Assembly (NCBI GenBank): GCA_047617785.1
Contig: JBLGBK010000003.1
Location: 1 to 64,000 of the forward strand
Direction: 5' to 3'
DNA: 64,000 nt
Origin: Colwellia polaris
GTDB lineage: Archaea; Nanohalarchaeota; Nanosalinia; Nanosalinales; Nanosalinaceae
The notes under the pieces are model-generated. The model was not told the DNA's origin. It searched no databases and saw only the letters and a program-made list of their open reading frames with translations. Below are positions 57,122 through 64,000 of the stretch, one piece after another (the first letter of the stretch is position 1; each line of letters starts with the position of its first letter). A program made the translations under genes and the position numbers.

Positions 57122-57986
57122 AAAGTACGCCAACTTATGCTATAATTTAGTAGGCAGCTTTGTGCTTCCATATGTGGATCTTTTTGAGGGTTTAAGACCT
57201 CAAATATCGAAAGCAGATATAGAGGTATCGCTGCCAGAGTATGTAAGCTTGATGTTTGCTACTTCCGGATTTGTATCTTTGTTTATATTTTTAGTTGTTG
57301 GCACCCTGCTTCTGTTGTCTCAAGGTATTTCTGGCATAATATTAGCCTTAACACTTTCTATAGTATCTGGCGCGGCGACAATTATAGGTTTCTACATCTA
57401 TCCTTCTTTGATAAAGTCAAGTAGAGCTTCTGAGATCCGAGACACTCTGCCTTTTGCTACTATGTATCTCTCTACCTTGGCCGGTACTGGTACTTCTTTA
57501 CCGGAGATTTTCTCAAATCTTGCAGAGGTAGAGGAGTACGGAGAAGTTGCACGGGAGGCTGAGAAGATTGATAGAGATATTAAGACATTTGGTATGGATG
57601 CAAGTAAAGCAATTCAAAGAGCAGCTGAGAGAACCCCTAGTGAAGATTTTCGAGAGCTTATGTGGGGTCTTAACCATGTTTTGACGACAGGAGGAACTCT
57701 TAGAGACTTTCTACAGGAACGTGCAAGCCGTTTAATGGATGATTATGAAAGAAGAGTGGAAGAATTTGCAGATTCACTATCTTTATTGGTGGAAATGTAT
57801 ATTACTGTTGTAATTGTAGGTTCAATTGTATTTACATCAATGTCCGCAGTTATGACAACTTTTACAGATCTTTCTCCTAGTGTAATTGTAACAATACAGA
57901 TGCTTCTTATCTTCTTTGGGCTGCCATTAATTTCAGGCATGTTCATACTTCTTGTACAAGGTCTATCGCCGGGTGGAGTACAATGA
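57114..57986 (+). CDS. Type IV pilus membrane platform protein (PilC/TadC-like, T2SS F domain)
   Basis: LPFATMYLSTLAGTG, YGEVARE, FGMD and TPSEDFRE plus TM helices. Confidence 0.92.
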   Translation: MLRKYANLCYNLVGSFVLPYVDLFEGLRPQISKADIEVSLPEYVSLMFATSGFVSLFIFLVVGTLLLLSQGISGIILALTLSIVSGAATIIGFYIYPSLIKSSRASEIRDTLPFATMYLSTLAGTGTSLPEIFSNLAEVEEYGEVAREAEKIDRDIKTFGMDASKAIQRAAERTPSEDFRELMWGLNHVLTTGGTLRDFLQERASRLMDDYERRVEEFADSLSLLVEMYITVVIVGSIVFTSMSAVMTTFTDLSPSVIVTIQMLLIFFGLPLISGMFILLVQGLSPGGVQ

Positions 57987-59011
57987 TTGACTTTTTCCAA
58001 GACGAGAAACTGGAGGCAGGATGGTCTATTGAGGATAAAATCCTCTTTATATCAATTTCATTAGGTATTGTTCTTGTAGGATCAGGTCTCTTAACCTATG
58101 CTGCTTTAGGGCCGCAGCTAGGTGGTGCGATACTCATCTTTGGTTTAATAATGTCGGTCTTACCTTACTCTGGCTACTCGTTCTTGAAAAATAGGGCAAT
58201 TAGGGAAATAGAAAACCAGTTCCCTTCATTTTTGAACGACCTTGCTGAATCTAAGAGAGGAGGTATGACTCTATTAAGAGCTCTCGAGTCAGCAAGAGAG
58301 TCTGACTATGGAAGACTGAATAACGAGATAGAGAAAGTTCATAACCAAATGACCTGGGGCGTGCCGTTTCCTGAAGTAATGGAAAGATTTTCCAGGAGAA
58401 TGAGCGCTTCCTCAGTTGTTCAGCAATCTTTGTCTATCATTATTCAGAGCTTTCAGAGCGGAGGAAACATAACTGCTACTATTGAATCGGTCGCAGAGGA
58501 TGCAGATCAACTTAGAGAAGTTATTCAAGAGAAAGATGCTCAGCTTAAACAACAGCTCGTTATCATGTATGTTATTTTCTTCCTGTTCATAGGAATAACA
58601 GTAGGAATATATTTCCTGCTTGGACAGCTGTTAGGTCTAGGTTCTCCAGATGCAGGAGCACTCTCTGGAATAGGAGAGGTAATAGGTAGCGGCGGAAACA
58701 CTGATGTAAACTTCTGTAATGGCAACATACAAACAGCTACTCCGTTCTGCCAAACTGCTAGAATATTCGGTTTTGTACCTTCTGATATAGCACTTACGTC
58801 TCAACAAGCAGAAGACAGAAGTTATGGTAATATGGCCTACTATAAATCACTTCTTTTCCTTATGCTAATAGTTCAAGGTATGTGTACTGCTGCAGTAGCA
58901 GGTCAGATAAAGGAAGGAAGCCCTAGCGGAGGGGTAAAGCATGCTCTAATAATGCTTCCTTTAGCACTTGTTGTATATATGGTAGTGGTAGCTCCTGCAG
59001 GTGTAAGCTGA
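57983..59011 (+). CDS. Second type IV pilus membrane platform protein (T2SS F domain)
   Basis: FPSFLNDLAES..GG, DYGRL, WGVPF, SGG and GQIKEGS..GVKH. Confidence 0.92.
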   Translation: MIDFFQDEKLEAGWSIEDKILFISISLGIVLVGSGLLTYAALGPQLGGAILIFGLIMSVLPYSGYSFLKNRAIREIENQFPSFLNDLAESKRGGMTLLRALESARESDYGRLNNEIEKVHNQMTWGVPFPEVMERFSRRMSASSVVQQSLSIIIQSFQSGGNITATIESVAEDADQLREVIQEKDAQLKQQLVIMYVIFFLFIGITVGIYFLLGQLLGLGSPDAGALSGIGEVIGSGGNTDVNFCNGNIQTATPFCQTARIFGFVPSDIALTSQQAEDRSYGNMAYYKSLLFLMLIVQGMCTAAVAGQIKEGSPSGGVKHALIMLPLALVVYMVVVAPAGVS

Positions 59012-59838
59012 TGATGAAAGGTCAATCGACCATAGAGTTTCTTGGAACTTCAATGATGTTCATAGCGCTTTTAGGTACTATCATAATGGTTGCCTCCGAT
59101 AGCTTACCCCGATTTGATTCCGAGGTAGAAGAAGCATCATTAAATATGGAATTACAAACTCTTACGACAAAAATGCTGACACAGCCAGGTGAAACTACAG
59201 GAGGATCATCTGATTGGGAGCGTAATCCTGACTTAATCGAAACCTTTGGATTGGCAGATAAGAGCGGGGAGGTTGAACGATCAAAGATACAGGCACTGGA
59301 CGATAGCAGTAATTCGCCTTCGACTTTGAATTACACTGAATTTAGGTCTACGGAGAATATAGAGAATGAGTACAGAATGGTATTTACATGGTATCCTATT
59401 GTAGAATCGTCTAAAACATTTACTAGAACAAATTCTCCCTCTAAAATTCAGGAGCCTACAACCTCTGAATACACTGACGACGGTAATACTGTCCACTATG
59501 GGTCAGCCATGATTAATGGGCAAGATATGAAATTTCTTGTAACTTCACACGATAATGTCTACGATACAGTGTATATATCTCCAGAGTGGAATTTCCTAAA
59601 CGCAGAACCTAGAGTTGAAGGCGAGGTAGTTGATATTCAGGGTCAAAACTTTACCGTTTCCGAATTCCAGAACAGAGATGAAAATCCGGGTAATTTAGTA
59701 ATATTCTCCAAAAATTTGAACGACTTTGGTGCAATCCAAGGGCAGGCCAGCACCGTCATAAAACTCAATAGATATGCCATCTTGAAGGATGTAGGCTCAG
59801 ATGATTTCCCTCTTAAGATAGAGGTGTTAGCATGGTAA
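59011..59838 (+). CDS. Minor pilin-like protein
   Basis: MMKG|QSTIEFL (Q+1, E+5) class III-like signal; PG...W...FGLA motif. Confidence 0.82.
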   Translation: MMKGQSTIEFLGTSMMFIALLGTIIMVASDSLPRFDSEVEEASLNMELQTLTTKMLTQPGETTGGSSDWERNPDLIETFGLADKSGEVERSKIQALDDSSNSPSTLNYTEFRSTENIENEYRMVFTWYPIVESSKTFTRTNSPSKIQEPTTSEYTDDGNTVHYGSAMINGQDMKFLVTSHDNVYDTVYISPEWNFLNAEPRVEGEVVDIQGQNFTVSEFQNRDENPGNLVIFSKNLNDFGAIQGQASTVIKLNRYAILKDVGSDDFPLKIEVLAW

Positions 59839-61568
59839 GAAGAAAAGGGTTAAGCTATTCTCTTGAAGTTATAATATCGGCTATTATAATTCTAAGTTTC
59901 ACCTATGGTATTTTTGAAATTCCTCAAGGGAATGATTGGAATCAGCATAGATCTGAGATAGAAGCTCAAGATTTGACACAGACGCTCCATAAAACAGGGC
60001 TTGCCACTAGTTTAGTTAGTAGAGGAGAGACAGGTTCTTTGCAGACAGCTATTACTACAATTTCGGATAGAGATCGTACTATCTCAGGTAGTATTACTAA
60101 TATTCCTATAGGTGAGGTAGAAGTAGGATATCATACTGTTGATGAGGATCAGTACACAGTCAATCTAGAAGACGTACAAGGATCTGGTGATATGTGCCAA
60201 GGCGACTTACAAGATGATATTGATACTCAAAAAGATATTAAAAGAACCCAGCAACTAGGTACTTCGGATGAAAACTACGATGTTAGGCTTTATATCGCGG
60301 ATACCGGCTCTCAATTTGATGAGAGCGTTGATTATAATACGGTATGGGTAGATAATGGTACAGAATGTCAGTTTACGGCATCCGATGGACCTTTCTTTTT
60401 GGAAGACAATTTCAAATGGGGAGACAGTAATAACTCCGCACCAAGCGATCATTTTCAGATAAAAAGTATAGAAGGCAATCAACTGACTATCTACAAAACC
60501 ACGATACCTACTCAAATACATAAACAGATGAATGAGCCTGTAAATTCGCTTAGACCGGAAGTAGAGATGGATGCAATAGATATTAGGGATGAGGAACTGA
60601 CACAGGATATAATGGTCTTCAGAAAAACTGAAGCTCTTGATGACATAGACACTGAAAGGACTAAAGTAGAGGATTACATGCAGGACTACCCTGTTTTAAT
60701 GATGATGGATATAAATCAAGCAGATTTCTCAAACTCAGATTTTATGCAGAATACCAACTTCCATTGGGTAGATGCAGGGTTTTCAGGGGGTTATGGTGGT
60801 AATCCAACAAGTATTGAATTTACTAATTCGGATATATCTAGAAATATTGAGACTTTCTTTGAAGGAATGAATGGGGATAGTGCTTCTGCAGCTCTGCCTC
60901 CTGCAGGACCAATAGTGTCCAACAATTCGGATACTCTAACGCAGGAAAATCCTGCTCTTCAAGGAGGTGCAACTCTTAATACTGCTGCATGGAGTGATCG
61001 AGTTGATAATATGGCTACAACTCCCTACGATGGCGAACCTTCTCCAGACTGTGGAACTCGATATGAAGGAACGGTAAATCTTCCGGGAGGTAATTACCCT
61101 ATATTGAATACAGAACTAGTAGGATCAGAGGGAAGCTGTCCTACTGATGGATGGGCTGTGAACTTTGATTTTCAAGGTTCTGCAGACACTGGTAGAGGGC
61201 CATTTCTTCAAGGGGAAGAAACAATTATCGATAGAAGAGGTTACACTATTTTAACTAACTCTGATGACTCAGGATGTGATTTAGGAGAATGTGTCGAATT
61301 TAATTTCTCAGGAAATTCCAATGTAGAGGTAATTAACTACGGTGAGAGCTTCCAAGGATTTGATGGGGAGAGACTTGCACTGACGGGAAGGAAGACATCA
61401 TATAATGAGGAGGAATTTAAGCTACTATCGTCTACGATTTTCAGCCTTTACGATTCAGAAGTAACCTTTGGAACTCAGCAGTCTTCATCTATATCTACAG
61501 ATATAGTCTCTGGTGTTGATAATACTACATATATGCCTTATCAGTTACGTCTGAGGTGGAGTCGATGA
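59832..61568 (+). CDS. Large pilin-like / adhesin protein (578 aa)
   Basis: RRKG|LSYSLEVIISAIIIL N-terminus; large acidic beta-rich region with six Cys. Confidence 0.78.
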   Translation: MVRRKGLSYSLEVIISAIIILSFTYGIFEIPQGNDWNQHRSEIEAQDLTQTLHKTGLATSLVSRGETGSLQTAITTISDRDRTISGSITNIPIGEVEVGYHTVDEDQYTVNLEDVQGSGDMCQGDLQDDIDTQKDIKRTQQLGTSDENYDVRLYIADTGSQFDESVDYNTVWVDNGTECQFTASDGPFFLEDNFKWGDSNNSAPSDHFQIKSIEGNQLTIYKTTIPTQIHKQMNEPVNSLRPEVEMDAIDIRDEELTQDIMVFRKTEALDDIDTERTKVEDYMQDYPVLMMMDINQADFSNSDFMQNTNFHWVDAGFSGGYGGNPTSIEFTNSDISRNIETFFEGMNGDSASAALPPAGPIVSNNSDTLTQENPALQGGATLNTAAWSDRVDNMATTPYDGEPSPDCGTRYEGTVNLPGGNYPILNTELVGSEGSCPTDGWAVNFDFQGSADTGRGPFLQGEETIIDRRGYTILTNSDDSGCDLGECVEFNFSGNSNVEVINYGESFQGFDGERLALTGRKTSYNEEEFKLLSSTIFSLYDSEVTFGTQQSSSISTDIVSGVDNTTYMPYQLRLRWSR

Positions 61569-62422
61569 AAGGGCAGTTTATGGCGCTTACTGCAGTGTTG
61601 GTCTCTATAATCGTCCTTTCGATGACAGGCATAATTACAGAGTTTCAGAGCCAGAATTATCCTGATACTCAGGAAGATAGAGTTATCGATATGATTAAAG
61701 AAGAGGCTGGCAAAGTTGATGTAGCTCAGCCTGAGGAAAGGCGTAGTTTCACACGATTTGTTCAGTCAGTTCCTAACTATAGGGCTGAGACTACCTTTGA
61801 TAACACACGTCAATGCTTTGAAGTAATACTAGAACGATCAAATTCACGAATTACAATGGACTGTGTAGGAGGAGAGGAGTCTAAAGTTGAGGAGGTTAGA
61901 CTTATTTCAATAGGCTATGATGCAAGGCAAGATTATGGGGGTAACGCACCGGTACCTCCTAGAGGCACAGAATCTAGTTATGGTGGAGTCTACGATGCCG
62001 AAAACAACCGTCAACTTCACAGTGCAGGACGTTCATATTCCCTATCAGTCTATGATCTAGGTTCTAATACGTTTCTTAGTCATCAAACTTATGATATATA
62101 TGACGAGGATGATGGTGAGTCAAAAGCCGACCAAATGGCAAATGATATACAATCTATGACTGACGATGAAATAGCGTTAATAACGACCCAGAATGAGCCC
62201 CAAAATCACAGACTTCATGGTGACCTTGAAGATGCAATGTATAACTTAGGAGCTTCTCAAGATCTCTATGGGGCAGGGGATTCTATATTTAAGAACAGAA
62301 GCGCTTACTTACTGGTTGGAAGACCGGATCTCGGTGAAGGTAACGCCTATATTGAGAAGTACGCTGGTGAAGTAAATAACAGTTCTGATGCATGGGTTAA
62401 GGCAGATTTCAAGCTAAGCTGA
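61565..62422 (+). CDS. Minor pilin fused to an ILEI/GG-type lectin-like domain
   Basis: MKG|QFMALTAVLVSIIVL; C-terminal GRSYSLSVYD...TYDIY...MANDI...IALITTQNEP...LGAS...RSAYLLVG. Confidence 0.75.
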   Translation: MKGQFMALTAVLVSIIVLSMTGIITEFQSQNYPDTQEDRVIDMIKEEAGKVDVAQPEERRSFTRFVQSVPNYRAETTFDNTRQCFEVILERSNSRITMDCVGGEESKVEEVRLISIGYDARQDYGGNAPVPPRGTESSYGGVYDAENNRQLHSAGRSYSLSVYDLGSNTFLSHQTYDIYDEDDGESKADQMANDIQSMTDDEIALITTQNEPQNHRLHGDLEDAMYNLGASQDLYGAGDSIFKNRSAYLLVGRPDLGEGNAYIEKYAGEVNNSSDAWVKADFKLS

Positions 62423-63604
62423 AAATTTTTCTATAAACTCTACTTCTTTATCATCAAATTCAAGGTCTCCGGCTAGTGCTGGATTATCTTCCAGTATCTC
62501 AGCAAGGAATGGCAGCGATCTTTTTGCCTCTCTCTTTGAGATATGCATTTTGTCGGATAGCTTGGATGCGATGCCGTCCATACGGTTCCGTGCTGCATGT
62601 GTCTGTCCCATGCGCTTAATCTTTCCAGGATACTGGTACTTGGTCCATCCATCGTATTTTTCATCCTTGGAAAGAGCAACTCCTACACTGGAGAAGAAGT
62701 AGACATATTTCAACAGTTTCCAGTTTTGCCGGATCCGAATCCTTCCATTGAATAAATCCGCATTCGATAACTGCCTGTATGCTTTTGCAACATCCTCTTT
62801 TTTCTTGTATTCGCGCGGGATATTCTCTCTTATCCATTGAAGGAAGGTATCTGCATCTTCATCAAGATTCTCCGTAGCTTGCTTCGCATTTTGGGGAGTC
62901 GTTGTTTTGAAGATAACTTTCAGTGAGTCAAAGATTTCCTGTCGATTATCACGCTGGCTGATAGCATCAAGGTCTTCGACCTCAAGTTTATCCTTTCCGA
63001 GTGCTACAGCTTCAAGGTCGTTTATTGCTGACCGCATCTGGCCGCCGCTTCCACGGGCGATACGTTTGACCGCGCTTTCATCGTATTCAATTCCCTCGTT
63101 TTCAAGTATCCTTTTCAGATGTGCGTTGATGGAATTTGTGTGTACTGATCCAAGTTCGATAAGTTTGGATCTGTTTCTTATCGTCTGTACGTTGCTTGCG
63201 TAGGCGTCATTTGCGGTAAGTATTACTGGGAAACGTGATTCATCTATGATTTTAAGCAATTCGCTGCTTCCCCCTCTGTCGGCGCGCCCCATACCGTCTA
63301 CTTCGTCAATTAAAATCAGTTTTTCTTTTCCTAGAAAGCTGGCCTGTCGAGTTGCTTCTTTCAATTCTGACTTTAGTTTCTTCTTGGTCCGGACGTCTGA
63401 AGCGTTGGTCTCTACAAGTTCTCTGTCATAGTCTTCTGCTAGAGCTTCGGCCATTGAGGTTTTTCCTGTTCCTGCCTGTCCATGTAGAAGTACCGGTTTA
63501 TCTCCTTGTTTCCAGTTTTCAAGCCATTCTTTCAGCTCCTTTTTTTCGCTGGAAGCACCTCTATAGTCTTCTAGGCTGTCTGGACGGTATTTTTCTACCC
63601 ACAT
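62414..63604 (-). CDS. rfcL: Replication factor C large subunit
   Basis: WVEKYRP, GQAGTGKTS, ETNASDVRT, LIDEVDG, RSAINDL and WIRENIP. Confidence 0.95.
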   Translation of the reverse strand: MWVEKYRPDSLEDYRGASSEKKELKEWLENWKQGDKPVLLHGQAGTGKTSMAEALAEDYDRELVETNASDVRTKKKLKSELKEATRQASFLGKEKLILIDEVDGMGRADRGGSSELLKIIDESRFPVILTANDAYASNVQTIRNRSKLIELGSVHTNSINAHLKRILENEGIEYDESAVKRIARGSGGQMRSAINDLEAVALGKDKLEVEDLDAISQRDNRQEIFDSLKVIFKTTTPQNAKQATENLDEDADTFLQWIRENIPREYKKKEDVAKAYRQLSNADLFNGRIRIRQNWKLLKYVYFFSSVGVALSKDEKYDGWTKYQYPGKIKRMGQTHAARNRMDGIASKLSDKMHISKREAKRSLPFLAEILEDNPALAGDLEFDDKEVEFIEKFSA

Positions 63605-63610
63605 TGTCCT

Positions 63611-64000
63611 TTATTTCTGACCTATTTCTGCGAGTTTTGCGAGCATTGCCTCGATCTGGATGTCGCTGCTTCCTCCTTCGCTTATTCTGAATTCATATTC
63701 TCCTAGCTGTTCGACTACTTCCAGTTTCTGTTGGTCGTCTAGATCTAGGTCGAGAATTTCTCTGTGAATGGAATTTATTATGTCGGTTCCATCGAGCCCT
63801 CTGTCGACCATTAGATCGGTGAGTTTCTCTCTCGCATCCATGAAGCTGCCTTCAAAGGCGAGGTCGAGTACTTCACGGATTTCATCTGGTCGAAGGCTGG
63901 CTGCCACACCGTAAACGTCTTCTTCCTCGATCTCATCTTCCTGAATTGCTGCGGTCTGAAGGATGTTAGTAACTCTACGCATGTCTCCGCTTGATACTCT
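63611..64000 (-). CDS. rfcS: Replication factor C small subunit, C-terminal part (gene continues beyond the window)
   Basis: SGDMRRVTNILQ, FMDAREKL and GEYEFRISEG..IQIEAMLA; directly upstream of rfcL. Confidence 0.93.
   Translation of the reverse strand, partial: RVSSGDMRRVTNILQTAAIQEDEIEEEDVYGVAASLRPDEIREVLDLAFEGSFMDAREKLTDLMVDRGLDGTDIINSIHREILDLDLDDQQKLEVVEQLGEYEFRISEGGSSDIQIEAMLAKLAEIGQK

Noticed and set aside
53166-59011. Archaellum (flagellum) operon
   Set aside because: No FlaH, FlaF/G or single FlaJ; pilins lack the archaellin GIGTLIVFIAMVLVAAV pattern; two separate platform genes indicate a pilus
1-64000. Numerous antisense or nested ORFs in the track (e.g. 3518-3751, 14059-14556, 19776-20237, 27182-27706, 29178-29741, 51125-51508)
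   Set aside because: They are Ser/Phe/Leu-rich shadows of acidic genes on the opposite strand, with no motifs and full overlap with confident genes
1-64000. CRISPR array, IS elements, rRNA
   Set aside because: No regularly spaced repeats, cas or transposase ORFs, or rRNA-like stretches; almost all sequence is explained by genes

Overview
Gene-dense archaeal chromosome segment. The proteins are strongly acidic, many genes look leaderless or carry GGTG/GAGGTG ribosome-binding sites, and the primase is a single fused PriS-PriL gene. Together these point to a halophilic DPANN archaeon, most likely Nanohaloarchaeota (inference; no database was searched). Most of the window is core machinery: nop5-fibrillarin, a SUF Fe-S cluster split by a PadR/MATE pair, XPD, XPB, NreA, aIF5B, and a long minus-strand replication/translation/transcription supercluster (rpoL-tfs-rpa3-pcna-priSL-gins-pyrH-rpl44e-rps27e-aIF2a-nop10-PAC2-rpoK-eno-rps2...rpl7ae-rps28e-rpl24e-infB). 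It also holds gltX, gatD/gatE, RNase J, thermosome and RFC. Six small genes missing from the supplied ORF track were read by hand: rpl24e, rps28e, rpoK, nop10, rps27e and a 51-aa Zn-ribbon protein. There are three tRNAs: Gly-TCC, Val-GAC and Met-CAT with a 91-nt intron. Most interesting signals: (1) a type IV pilus locus with seven pilin-like genes, the last a minor pilin fused to an ILEI/GG-type lectin-like domain, a candidate host-glycan adhesin; (2) a tRNA-Met intron with antisense segments to its own exon, placed so that a C/D-type guide would target wobble C34; (3) a fused primase whose PriL part has lost its Fe-S cysteines and gained a C-terminal Zn finger; (4) a canonical K-turn covering the SD sequence of rpl7ae. 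No CRISPR array, transposase, integrase or rRNA was seen.
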